A program made the position numbers and the translations under genes. Of a stretch of 64,000 nt of DNA, positions 12,728 through 26,194 are shown one piece after another. Positions within the stretch are counted from its first letter, which is position 1. Every line of letters starts with the position of its first letter. The notes beneath the pieces are model-generated. The model saw only the letters and a program-made list of their open reading frames with translations. It did not search any database and was not told where the DNA came from. The DNA comes from Eledone cirrhosa (lineage: Eukaryota). The DNA is taken from positions 2,790,001-2,854,000 of the forward strand of contig OZ024747.1 in the NCBI GenBank assembly GCA_964016885.1, written 5' to 3'.

Positions 12728-14116
12728 TGTATGTTAATTTAATAAGTAGGGAGTTCTGTTGACCAAAATCAACTGGAATATTCTTCAAAACCGATGGAGA
12801 TCCTTTTTCTAAATATATTTTCTCTGTGGATTTTGAGTCTCTTACAGAATTGCTGAGGCTGCTATAAAGATACAATGATTAAGTGATGGAAGTGTTAAGC
12901 CAAATATGTAATGAATAAAATGTAGATATTGACATTGCTTTGCACATCTATTTGGTAAAAAGGGTTCACCCTATTATCTTAATGTATTCAGCTAGAATAG
13001 AAGCCACTTTTTGTTGCCCTGGTTAAGTGATTGCTATTACGAAGAGCATCTTGCACTAAAATATCTTCCTTCGTAAACAATATAAATATTCAAATTTGTA
13101 AATATGTTCACCTTGTGACAGCACAGAAATATTTGCTGTGAAAAAACACAAAAACTCTAAAGTCATATATATATATATACAAGACATGCATGTTATATAG
13201 AAATGATAACATTAGTCAAAGATGCATGAAATATTAAGCTCATCTTTTACTTTATATTTATATAGCTTTTCTTGTTCAATTATTTCTGTTTCCTTACTAA
13301 AGGGTTATGTTTTTATTTTAAATCAATTTAATAGAAATATCTTTTACTTAAGCTTCTGGAATTTTCTAGAATATAGAAAAGCGATACATTCTAATGAGGT
13401 ATAAACAAGTAATATATATATATATATATATATAATTAGTATTATATATATATATAATTAGTATTATATATATATATAATTAGTATTGTATATATACATA
13501 TATATATATATATATAATTAGTATTATATATATATATATATAATAAGTATTATATATATATAATTACATTATGTAATTCTTTATTGGTCTGTAAATAATC
13601 TTTACAGATTATATCATTATATTTTTCTCTGTGTGTGTATGTGTGTGTATGTGTGTGTATGTACATATGTCGGCATAAGTGTTTCTGTGTCTGTGAGTGC
13701 ATGCAAATGCGTATGTCTCTCTGTATATGTGTGTGCATGTGCATGTTTGTGTGTATGTATACATGAATGCATATGTGTTTGTGTATGTAAGGGCATATGT
13801 GTCTGCTTGTGTCTGTGTATGCATAAGTATGTGTGAGTGTGTATGTGTGTATGAGTGTGTGTATATATCTGTGTGTGTGTGAGTGTGTATGTGTGTATGA
13901 GTGTGTGTATATATCTGTGTGTGTGTGCAGGTGTTTACCATTCTTGTAATATGGTTTGTCTAATTTCTCTTAATGGTTCACATGTTTGCTTTATGACTTC
14001 CTATCCTCCAACTTAAAAGATTGATCATTTAAATTTAAAGCATCCTACTCTTTTTGTTTTTAATGTTTCATTTCCCAACATGACACGGGATTCATCTTCA
14101 TCATCATCATCATTAT

Positions 14117-14159
<43 letters not shown>

Positions 14160-14845
14160 GTCATCATCATCGTCATCCTCATCATCATCATCATCGTCGT
14201 CGTCGTCATCATCATCGTCATCATCATCGTCATCATCATCACCATTATCATCATCATCATCGTCATCTTTATCAACACCAGCCCCACCATTTTATGTCCA
14301 TGTTCTTTGCTGACACAGACAGGATGTGTTGTCATGTTCTGGGACTAAATAGATCAGATGACCACATCTTGGTCATACATTCTAGATTGGCATGGTTTCC
14401 AGAATGGGATGCTTTTTTATAACACCAACCAATTTACAGCATGTACTGGGTACATTTTATTGTGACATCAGTGCTACCAGTTTACAGAGTGGGCTGGGTG
14501 CATTTTAGCATAGTATCTGCACTAGCACATTACAGGGTGAGCGGGGTGCATTTTATTGTGGTACCTGCACCACCACATGCTGAGTGCAGTAGGTGTGATA
14601 GGAAGCAGATGAAAGCATGGTAGAAGTGACAATCCCCACCTAGCCAGGAATCAGAGTGCTAGAAATAGCAGTTATATGTTCTCAACGAGTGAGGGAGTCA
14701 GAAATAGCAGTTACATGTGCTTGCTGAGAGAGCCATCACTGTGAGATGGAAGGAGATAAAGTGTGAGAACAGGTGCCATAGTCTTCAAGAGATAGAGAAA
14801 TTGGCAGTTTTGTGTGGAGTATGGTAAGAAACAATGTAGTTGTTA

Positions 14846-15056
14846 TATGAGGATCCGCTGAAAAGTTCATAAACTGACAAAGATACTTTCATGGAATAAC
14901 CAAACAAAGTTTATTTTTCAACATAGTCCCCTGGAAAGAAACAATTCAATATTTTAATAAGAGATGAAATGAATGCATGCAAAATTTCACAGATTTCATA
15001 GTTTTAGCATCACTCTTTTATAGTCAGCCTATGAACTTTTCAGCTGAACCTCGTAT
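14846..15056. mobile_element. Mariner-type MITE
   Basis: TIRs tatgaggatccgctgaaaagttcat / atgaacttttcagctgaacctcgta. Same family as 5390. Confidence 0.82.
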
Positions 15057-15507
15057 ATAATACTCAATAAATAAATAATAAATTTTGTCCAGTTCTTTAA
15101 TTTATCTCTTCTTTATTAATCTTGTACATCGAAATAATTCTAAACACAAACATTGTAAATTAGAAAATTAAAATCATCAGTTGAACCAATAAGATATCTA
15201 TAAGTTTGTTTCATATAACTTAACTAGAAAATTAAACATTTGTGAGTTTTATATCAAATAGTAATAATATTATTATAATAACATTAATATTTGATTTGTT
15301 TGCAAGCAAACAGTGTTATAATGCCACCTGTTTTAGATGATAATCGTCATTCTTATAGAGAGACAATCGAAAATTGTTTCGAGGTTATTGCCCCTTGTCA
15401 AGATTCTGTATCTCCTTTTCTGCTCCACACTAGAACACATGGTGTTATCAGGCTTTCAAATGAATTGAATATTAATAATATTGTTATATAATTATTATTA
15501 TTGAATT

Positions 15508-15686
15508 GGCAGTATCGTTAGAGGGTCGAACGCCATGCTTTCCAACATAGTTACATCCCTTTACGATCTGAGTCCAAATCCCGTCAAGGTGAACTTTGCC
15601 TTTCATCCTTACAGGGTCAATAAAATAAAGTACCAGTAATACACTGGGATAATTGCTGGTCTTGTGCCAAAAGTAGAAACAATTAT
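15508..15686 (+). mobile_element. SINE family B
   Basis: Full-length match to 10631-10811. Confidence 0.85.
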
Positions 15687-16079
15687 TATTTGATATAAAA
15701 CTCGCAAATACATTTACGTATCCACTGTGTTGGAGCAAAGACAAATTTTGTTGTCTTTTTTAAGCTATAAACATTTGATTAGAAATTTAAAAAAAACTGA
15801 AATTTTAGAAACTGAGACTTCGCTGCTTTAGTTCTCTGGTGTTCTCCCATAGATGATTTTGAAAATTGAAATTACAATTAAAAATTAGATGCCAGCATAA
15901 TTAACTAAGTAAGGTCTTGAAATTTTTAATTAAAGGACAATAATTTATAGTTTGAGCAAAGTAATTAATTACTGAAATAACAATTTCATTAAAAGGCTTG
16001 ACTTGAGTGAATATAAATATTTTTTTATTTTCTGTTTCAAAATGAAATTATTTAGGGTTCAAAATAATCACAATATTCA

Positions 16080-16290
16080 CGACGATGATGATGTTGATGG
16101 TGGTGATGATGGTGGTGATGATGATGATGTTGGTGGTGATGATAGGATGGTGGTGATGGTGGTGATGATGATGGTGATGGTGGTGGCAGTGGTGGTGATA
16201 GGATGGTGGTGATGGTGGTGATGATGATGGTGATGTTGGTGGTGATGATAGGATGGTGATGATGTTGATGGAGATGATGATATAATGATA
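16080..16290. repeat. (GAT/GGT)n compound microsatellite
   Basis: Direct reading. A similar (CAT)n tract lies at 14093-14266. Confidence 0.95.
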
Positions 16291-17598
16291 ATAACAACAA
16301 TCCTTTATTGGCCACAAGAGCCCATATATGCAATACAAAATGTGTCATACAACAGGGTTACAAGATATGTACACACACACACACACGTAATGTTATTTGG
16401 CCTGGTGACCACGTCTTGCTCATATGACCCATTTGGAGTGTGGTTTTCTATAGCTAGGTACCCTTCCTAATGTTACCACAGTGTGTACTGGGTACTTTTT
16501 GTCATAGCACCAGTATGACCCCCTCCTAGTGTGTACTGGATACTTTTTGTCATAGCACCAGTATGACTGCTCAATATAATTTACTGGATTTGGAGTAAAA
16601 AATGTAATACAATATATTAAGACATGCTAAATAATTTGTACAGAAATAAAATAATGGCAACCCATCTACAAAAGAGTGTGAAACTACCTAGGAAGGATGA
16701 GGACATGGTGATGTACTGGAAACAGCAGTAGGGGCAATCATGGTCTTTACCTCTGGAGTTTGTTGTTTCTAGCATTGTGGTCTACTACCATCTTTTTATC
16801 TTGTGTATGGAGGGCGCAGGGGCTTTTTCTCTTCTTGTAAAACTATCTTTAATATGGCATCTATAGCAACTGGATCATCAACATCTATAGCATTTTGTAG
16901 TACATCTGTAACAACTGGATTTTGTAGCAGATCTGTAACAACTGGATCTTCTACTATGCAGTACCAGATTGATCGACTTCCTTTCTACTCCCGCAAGGGT
17001 GTACGATATCAAGTTAGCTTTGTATTCATCAGAACCTTGACGTCCATGCACACCACACCCAATCACATATTGTTATGGCTCAACCGTGTTAGTATGTGAA
17101 GGAAAATGAAGTATCAACATCTCAGGCTTGTATGATCCTTGTATTCCTGAGAGCCATGTCTCTCGGAAGGTATGAATGCACCAACACTAACTTTCCACAT
17201 CTGATACTTGATGGTATAAACATACCATAAACCTTTCTCCAGTTGATAGAGCACACATCTTGTTCCGTGTCAACCAGAGCATCTGCCAACTCCTTTTTTT
17301 ATGGTATATGGAAGCTTCCTTCATATTTTACAAAACAAAGGTATGTCAAATTTTTTATTGTCCTTTTCTTTCATAAATTAATTTTCCTTTTAACAACTCT
17401 CTCTTAGTTTCAAGCTCTGTTGTGTTTAAATGTTTTCATTGCTTTTATTTTTCATTTAAAAATAATATTGAGTATTTGTTTGAGTCTATATATATATATT
17501 ATATTTTATATATATATTTATATATATATATGTATATATATACACATACACACACTCATATATATACATATATATATATGTACATATATATATATATA

Positions 17599-18365
17599 TA
17601 GTAATAATAATAAATTTGAAGACTAAAATCCAAAGAGGGCTCGATAAAGATAAATATATATCAAATATATAAGAACCGTAGAGCAAATATTTATTAAAAT
17701 AACAGATTAAAGTTTAAGCAAAGAATCGCTGCTTTCACCCTTAACGGGATCTTTTGAAACTAACAAAGTCAATCTGTGAATACGGAAGTGAATATTTCAA
17801 AAAACGTTGCAACCGGAGGAAGACAGGAAGATGATACTTTGGTTCGTGGAAACATTCCCTGGCAAAGAACGGGAAAAAACGAATATAATACGTCATTATT
17901 TGGAGCGGTGAAAAACAATTACACGCAAATACAAAACCACGTTTATGGTATAAAAGAAGTTGTAGACTAATATTCTATTTGGTGGTTCATAGAGACGTTC
18001 TCTGGCAATGAACGGAAAAAAATGAAGATAATACGTCATATGTGGAGCGTGGAGAACAATTGCACGCAAAGACAAAACCACGTAAATGGTATAAATGAAG
18101 GGTGAAAGCAGCAATTCTTTGCTTAAACTTTAATCTGTTATTTTAATAAATTAGATTACATTTATTATATATATATAATAAATGTAATCTAAGTTTTTCG
18201 TATAGTAATAATAATAAATGTGAAGACTAAAATCCAAAGAGGGCTCGATAAGGATAAATATATATCAAATATATAAGAACCCTAGAGCAAATATTTATCA
18301 AAATAACAGATTAAAGTTTAAGCAAAGAATTGCTGCTTTCACCCTTAACGGGATCTTCTGAAACT
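17599..18365 (-). mobile_element. Composite Penelope-like terminal-repeat element with two direct copies (17599-17761, 18203-18365) and an inverted partial copy (18098-18151)
   Basis: The roughly 165-bp unit recurs here and at 45776-46025, is bounded by (TA)n, and ends in a hammerhead-like fold on the minus strand. Confidence 0.75.
18315..18365 (-). ncRNA. Variant type I hammerhead fold (core CAGAAGA)
   Basis: Minus strand AGTTT CAGAAGA TCCC GTTAA GGGT GAA AGCA GCAATTCTT TGCT T AAACT. All three stems can pair. Confidence 0.6.
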
Positions 18366-18570
18366 CATTAATATATATATATATAGTGAAAGAGTAAAGA
18401 GTAACATGGTTGGCTGTACAACAAAGGGCTTTATTTCAGGTATTAACAATTGTTTTAGTGATCAGGTGAGTCTAGAGGCCGCTAATCGCTCGAAGTTGCG
18501 TCACTTGATCTCCACGATGCAGAGTACTCACAACCTCTAACTGGATTACCTATAACGATAACTTGCTACC

Positions 18571-18646
<76 letters not shown>

Positions 18647-18857
18647 CGTTTCTGAATTTGTTTAGCAAGATTCTTTATCTGAAATCGTGTGTTGAAACCG
18701 ATATTGTTATACTTTGGGAGGGTCATGTTGCCAATAAGAAACACACGCACCAGTTGCTTTCACTTCAATTTATTATAATAAATTTATAATAAATTTATAA
18801 ATTTATAAATTTCTGTTTGGTTGGTTGGTTCCACAACCAGATAGTTGTTTATATATT

Positions 18858-18900
18858 GTCATAGTTCTTTCGTCACACACTCTGTGACCTCTTCAGTGAC
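18858..18900 (-). ncRNA. Minimal type I hammerhead ribozyme
   Basis: Minus strand GTCA CTGAAGA G GTCACA GAGTG TGTGAC GAAA GAAC TA TGAC. Stem I is GTCA/TGAC, stem II is 6 bp, stem III is minimal, and the cleavage triplet is CUA. Confidence 0.82.
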
Positions 18901-19595
18901 TGAATATAAATATGTATATGTGCAGACATACATAAATGCATAGATACATAATGGACTCTTGACATGTAAGCATCCATTTTTTTAAATCAAATGAACAACC
19001 TACTCTTTAAATTAGCATGTAAAGTGGTTGAGTATTCCATAGACATGTGTACCCTTAATGTAATTCTCAAGTTGAATCAGTGTGGCACTATGACTGGGCC
19101 TTTGGATAACAGGTATAGTTGATGTGATATGCTTTCATATCATCAACAGCCCTTTTTCACTCACAAGGCTTGGGTTGTCTTGAGTTTATTTTAAAAGATA
19201 TTTGCTAAAGATGCCATAGGGCAAAATAAGGGTTTTCATGTGTTTAGCTCACAATCTTAATATCATTAGTTCAATTCCTGGCAACATATTGTGTCCTTGA
19301 GCAAAACACTTTATTTTATGTTGCTCCAGTCAACTCAGCTGTAATTTATGTCATATTCATTCTCCCTAAAAACAACATTAAGGATGCTATTTGTGGAATA
19401 CTCAGCCACTTGCTTGCTAATTCCATGAGGAGCTTGTTCCATTATTCAAACAACAAGAACACTTGTCATTGGAACTGAAGGAGATGGAGATTGAACAACA
19501 CATACATATATATGTGTGTGTGTGTTTGTCTGTGTGTGTGTGTCTGTGTTTATGTGTGTATGTGTGTCTGAGTTTGTGTATATATATATATATAT

Positions 19596-19726
19596 CAGGG
19601 GCGAAGGGTCCGTGCATGCAATGCATGCAGTGCATGCGTTATAGAATCTTGAGTTGATCAATTGCGTCGGTTGAAGCAAGCAGAATTTTGGCTGCTTACT
19701 AAAAGGTATAGACACAAAAAAAGATA

Positions 19727-19789
<63 letters not shown>

Positions 19790-19927
19790 ATAACACGACA
19801 TGCGGCTTTGACCGGGAGGGTCATTTAGAGGGAATTTTGGGGTGGGTGGGGGGTGTTAAGGCTGCAGAGCCCCACTTTCTGCCATGGCGATTACTCTATG
19901 CCCTGCTTTCCAGGTTACCCTTTGCCA

Positions 19928-19930
<3 letters not shown>
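19596..19930. mobile_element. hAT-like MITE inserted in (TA)n
   Basis: Imperfect 14-bp TIR CAGGGGCGAAGGGT / ACCCTTTGCCACTG. Both flanks are ATATATAT. Confidence 0.7.
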
Positions 19931-19966
<36 letters not shown>

Positions 19967-20199
19967 AGATCAAAAGATGGTTAAAGGAGTTCCATATATT
20001 TTATTATGCGCATTTCAAAAACAAACATCATCAAGCAATAATATTTGTGTTTTCATCAGATAAAACTCACCTCCTACATTATATATATATATATATATAT
20101 ATATAACAGAGAGAAAGTGGGACAGATAGATAATATTTGTGTTTACCAATGGCAGAATGAGTACTCCATACAAACAGTAGAAAACAAATATTTATTTAA

Positions 20200-20219
20200 C
20201 CTTTCTCTCTCTCTTGTTC

Positions 20220-20287
<68 letters not shown>

Positions 20288-20291
20288 CCTT

Positions 20292-20333
<42 letters not shown>

Positions 20334-20337
20334 CCTT

Positions 20338-20377
<40 letters not shown>

Positions 20378-20381
20378 CCTT

Positions 20382-20419
<38 letters not shown>

Positions 20420-20445
20420 CCTTTCTCTGTCTCTCTCTCTCTCTC
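20200..20445. repeat. (CT)n array periodically interrupted by TGTTCCCTTT
   Basis: Direct reading; five interruptions. Confidence 0.9.
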
Positions 20446-21247
20446 AATAGATTTATAACTCTCACTTTATTGCTCTCTCTCACTATATCTGAGTGTGCAT
20501 GGACATAACTACACACAGACACACACATATATACATACAGATAGAAAAATACACACATGTACACACACAAATACACAAGTACACACACTAAATATTGATG
20601 TGTGTATAAACTGATGAATGTACGCTATTGTGTTATGCATATATAAATTATATACACAAAAATGTTTTTGTGATAAGCACGTAATGTAGAGCTACACACA
20701 CGCTCAAGAGACACACTTTATTCATTATATGTATAAAAACTATATGATTTTATTAACCAATTATTTTCACAAGTATCCATGCTTTATTCTACATTAGTTC
20801 AGGGTTAGGTCATTAATCATTTGTCTTGCCTTTTTTTACATGCCCAATTATTTTAACTTAGTCTAAATAATTTTTCCTTCCTAATGTTTATGAATTATAA
20901 AAAGAAAAAAACTTCTGCCCTATGCTGAAAATACATTTATTTTGCCAATATCCCTTATGGGTTTATCCTGTTGTTTTTTTTAACCACAACCATTAAGATG
21001 ATGGTTCCAAGGGCTCTTTTGCTGATTCTCTTTCCTGCTTTTTATTCTTCATAATTTTCCTAATGTAACCATAACCTTTTTATGTTAGGCCACTAATATC
21101 ACTTTTCTTTCAAATCTGTTTTGTCATTCTATTGTTTTCAACTGGTTTTATGTAGCAAAAAATGTTGTTCTCGTCATCTTAGAGATTCCTCAGACCATAT
21201 ATATGATGAGAGTGTTTATATATATATAATATATAATATAAATATGT

Positions 21248-21279
<32 letters not shown>

Positions 21280-21335
21280 ACAAAATAAGATGTTGAGGTT
21301 ACATAGATCGTTTAATCATATATATATATATATAT

Positions 21336-21682
21336 GGAAGCACATGGCTTAGTGGTTAGAGCATTGGCCTTGCAATCGAAAGGTTGTGAGTTCAATTCTC
21401 AGACCGGGTGATGTGTTGTTTCCTTGAGCAAGACACTTTATTTCACATTGCTCCAGTTTACTCAGCTGTAGAAATGAGATGATAGGGACTGGGTCCCTAT
21501 CATTTCACTGCAAAGTGGTCGTGGAGGTGCCACGGCAAAAAAGCACCCAGCACTCACTGTAAATGAGGTTGGTGTTAGGAAGGGCATCCAGCTGTAGAAA
21601 TCAAGCCACAATCAGTTCCCGTCCCACCCTTGCAAGCAGGGAAAAGTGGACGTAAAATGAAATGATGATGATGATGATGATG
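21336..21682 (+). mobile_element. SINE family A
   Basis: Near-identical to 4625-4962 and flanked by (TA)n on both sides. Confidence 0.9.
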
Positions 21683-22657
21683 TATATATATATATATATA
21701 ACGATGATGATGATGATGTATATATATATATATATATATATAACGATGATGATATACATACATTTATATATATATACATATATACAAACACACACACTCA
21801 CATATATATATATATATATGGTAAATGAGTGAAGAAATATATATAATATAATATATAATTCAGCCTTTCACCGTTAGTGTTGTATATCATGAAAATAATA
21901 AAAGTAGAATTATCCATATCAAATTACATTTATCATTTTATATAAAATAGACAACAATATTAAAGTGGTTTATTATATGATAAAATGAATTACCATAGCC
22001 ATTAATTTATTTTCATTATTGTTCAGCAGAAGACATCTTGGGTGGAAATATAAAGTAAAATATATAAATATAAATAACAAAAATAACAGGAAGAAGAAGA
22101 AGAAGAAGAAGAAGAAGAAGAAGAAGAAGAAATAAACAGCATTATTCTTGTAGTGTAAAATATAAAACATTATTACTCAACCTAATATTACAAAATAAGA
22201 CAAATAGAAAACAATTTGGTTATCATTTTGGTTCATGACTTTAGATCAAAACAAATTTTTTAAAATACATTATGAAGCCAGATTTGTGTTGACTCTTACC
22301 TTTCAGGATGTCTTCACATACTAAAAATGTGTTAGCTGCATTTTCATTACCATATTACCAATAGAAGATAATAGTGTGGCTGCTTCTTTTGTTATTGTTA
22401 ATCTATACATTAAAAAAAAAATGCAAATAAACAAAGAGAAAGTATCAACAATAGTTTAAATATAGATTAAATTTGTCTATAGTTCTTTAAAATAAACCTA
22501 CTCGACCGTTGATTAAGTATTTTTTATTGTATTGTTTACACCATCAGTATCAATATACTAATTGTGATTATCATGTCAATTTTTACTGTACTTCATAATT
22601 CATTGCCAGTTTTAACAATTTTAGCTTTTATTTGTTATTTATATATTCACTTATATT

Positions 22658-22758
<101 letters not shown>

Positions 22759-23132
22759 TTTGTATGCATGTATGTATCTATATGTGTCTATGTATATATA
22801 ATACATACATATATATATACTAACATATATATATATACAAATATACATATATATTTATATACAATCACACACACATGTAAATATATATATATATGCAACC
22901 TTGCTATAAATTAATGTATTGAAATATACTGGGGAAATAGCCATAGATAGGGAAGTGGTGTGTCTATTACTAAATAAATAGGGTTGTTTTCCTTGTTTTA
23001 TGTTGTAGGAAATTGTGGTTTGGAGAACGTCCTCATGATTGGACGTATGCTCAAATGAATAATTTATGCAACATATAAAGCATTTCATTTTCTACACCAT
23101 TATCTTATATATACATATATGTATATACATAT

Positions 23133-23194
<62 letters not shown>

Positions 23195-23790
23195 GTGTGT
23201 GTTTTGTTATTTTACTGGACTTTTTTTCTCATCTGTTCAAAGAAAGCAATTTGATTCAAGTCAACAAAACATGAGACTAACTTTCAATTTAACACTAGAT
23301 TAGTGAAATGTTATTAGAAAAAGATAGTTGCTGAATACCATTTTACTAGTATCCACCATAGAGAATATATTTTTGTTTTAGTTTTGTGTCCACTCTATAG
23401 AACCAAATACTTAATTTGTCTTTATTTGTACCAAATGAAGTATAGTAGTTGGCTGTCCTGAAAGTCACATGATGTTAAATCACACACACACCAACATTTA
23501 CTAGAAATTTAGGAAAATAGTAGTTTCTTGAGTGGTGCTCACACAGAGAAAACAACTAGGAAAAGGTTAAAGAAGGAATAATTGCTTGCTTAATCATTGT
23601 CAAAATGAAATGATAAAAAAAACAAAGAAGTAAAACATCATCATTTCTTCATTTCTATTGCTGTTAATTATATTTCTAATATCAAATCTAAATGAACAGT
23701 TCTACTAAAACGATTTGTAAATTATATTTGGTTCACTAGAACTCATAGGGGAGTTAGAGAAGCTTGGTGAAGGACAAATTGGATGAGATA

Positions 23791-24023
23791 TTAACCCTTT
23801 AGCATTTACATTATTCTATATTTACTATTATATTTTCATGGTAAAGGTTTTACCTCACATAATTATCTCACGCAATATCGAATCTATGAGATTTTGATAT
23901 TACTTATCTTATTTTGAGAACAATACCTTGACATCAGTATAAGTGGTCAGTTATGGCCAGTTTAAGCAGAAAGAGGTGAGAAAATTTGGCTGGATATGGC
24001 CAGTTTAAATGCTAAAGTGTTAA
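23791..24023. mobile_element. piggyBac-type MITE
   Basis: TTAA-CCCTTTTAGCATTTA ... TAAATGCTAAAGTG-TTAA, with TTAA target duplication. Confidence 0.82.
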
Positions 24024-24875
24024 AGCATTGGATAGGATATCTTGTGGCCTTTATCTTCTCTCTCTCTTCTCTCTCTATCTCTCTCTTTACTGAGTTTAAA
24101 TCCAATGAGGTCAACTTTTGTCTTCATCTTACCAAGATCACTACAAATACCAGTCCATAGCAGTGAATTGTCAGAATTATTAGAGTGTTGGATAAAATGT
24201 GTTATAGTATTTATTCTCATATTTTATATTCTCAGTTAAAATTCCACTTAGGGGTTCAATTGCCACCAATTGTAAGGGCTAATCACTTGATCATGGAACC
24301 ACAAGTGGTTCTAAAAGTTGTAATGTTCAGAGGAAGATTGTGGCTGTCTTCTACTGCTGTCAAAACATGACAATGATGATGTTGTGTGGGTGTCATGACC
24401 AAAGGGGCCCAACCCACACTGTAAAGTAGTCGTGTACGTGTCATGATATAAAGCAACCAGTACACACCGTAAATATGGTTGGCATCCAGCCATAGAAACC
24501 AAGCCAGAAACGGTTCTGTATGAGCAAGACATGGTCATCTGATCTGGCTCGTCTCACAACGAGACAACTCATCTAACCCATGCTAGCATGGAAAAATGGA
24601 TGTTAAACAACAATGATAATGATGATGATGAGACAGGGCCAGATCAAATTCTTTGGAGGTTCCTTAGCACTTAAAAGATTATATTACCTCCCAAACATAG
24701 CTAAAGGATGGGTGGGCTCATCCTAGGTAGCAGCCCCCTTTTAAGAATGGTACCTTATTTGTATTATGTTTTGTTTTAGTTTTATTTTATTTCATTTCTT
24801 CGGTGGTTGAGGTGACTCACGGGTTGCTCCAAAGCAGATCAAACTCTTTATGTTACTTGCATGGGATATATTTAA

Positions 24876-25088
24876 TTATTTGTTTCTACTTTGGACACAA
24901 AGATAGTGATTTAAAAGGAAGGGGAAAGCAGACAAAATTGCCCCCATTGCTGGTACTTTATTTTATTGACCCCATTAGGATGAAAGGCAATGTTAACCTA
25001 AATTTGAACTCAGTATGTAAAGAGCCATAACTACATGCCACAAAGCATGTTGTCTGATGCTCAAACAGTTCTACCAATCCACTGCCTT
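24876..25088 (-). mobile_element. SINE family B, diverged
   Basis: Core ctggtactttattttattgaccccattaggatgaaaggc. Confidence 0.75.
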
Positions 25089-26153
25089 TGTTTAATTATA
25101 TTTAGTAATTTCTCATTGTAACAAAACTTAATTAATGAGACATGAAAAATATTATTTTTAAAAAGTATGTCATCAATGTGAAATGTTTAAAAAGTTGTTT
25201 TTTTATTTCAACAACCGCTGCAGTTATTTTTGTCTTTTCATCTCTGTTAGGTCAGTAAAAGTTCCAGTAATATGGGAAAGTTAAATTGATTATATCTCTT
25301 CCTCAAAACATTTCGCTTCATAGTAAATCAAATCAACATTATAGAAAAAGAAATATTCCCCTGCATCATTAGATTTTATTCTATATTGTGTGGTTTCTTA
25401 ACAATAGTATCATTGGTGGTAGGTTTTCCAGTGGGCCAGTTAATGTTTTACTGTATTTCCAATTGAGAGAAGGACAAGGGATTGACTGTGCAATTTAGGT
25501 GGAATAAATACTACAGACTTGTGTTATCTGGTGTAATGCTTTTCTTGCTGATTTGTATATTTTCGTTAATATATACATGCACACATAAACACACACAAGC
25601 ATATATATATATCATATTATATATATATATATATATACATATAACACATATAAATCCACCAATTAATGGTAGGGTCTAAACCATATGAAGAACTCAATGT
25701 AATCCGTATGTAGATGTCGTGAAGCAAAGTTTAATGGACATACGGGGAACTACCCCCCCCCCCCCCCGAAACGATCGTAAAATAATGAGGTTTACTATGA
25801 ATTAACCGTTTTTTGTTTAATTTCATTGTTCTACTATTTGTATATATATATATATATGGTGCTCCGAAACAAATGAGGTCATGTAGGTGTCATCCGAAAC
25901 AAATGAGGTCATGTAGGTGTCACGACAAAAAAACACACAGTCCACGCTGTAATGTGGCCGCGTAGGTAACACGGTAAAAACCTCCCAGTCCACACTGTAA
26001 ACGTGGTTGGTGTTAGGAAGGGCATCCAGCCGTAGAAAACCCGCCAGACAGTCCTATACGAGCAAGACAACCAATCTTGCCTCAAGTGGGAAAATTCCCG
26101 TCCAAACCCATGCTAGCGTGGAAGATGGACGTTAAACGATGATGATGATGATG

Positions 26154-26194
<41 letters not shown>

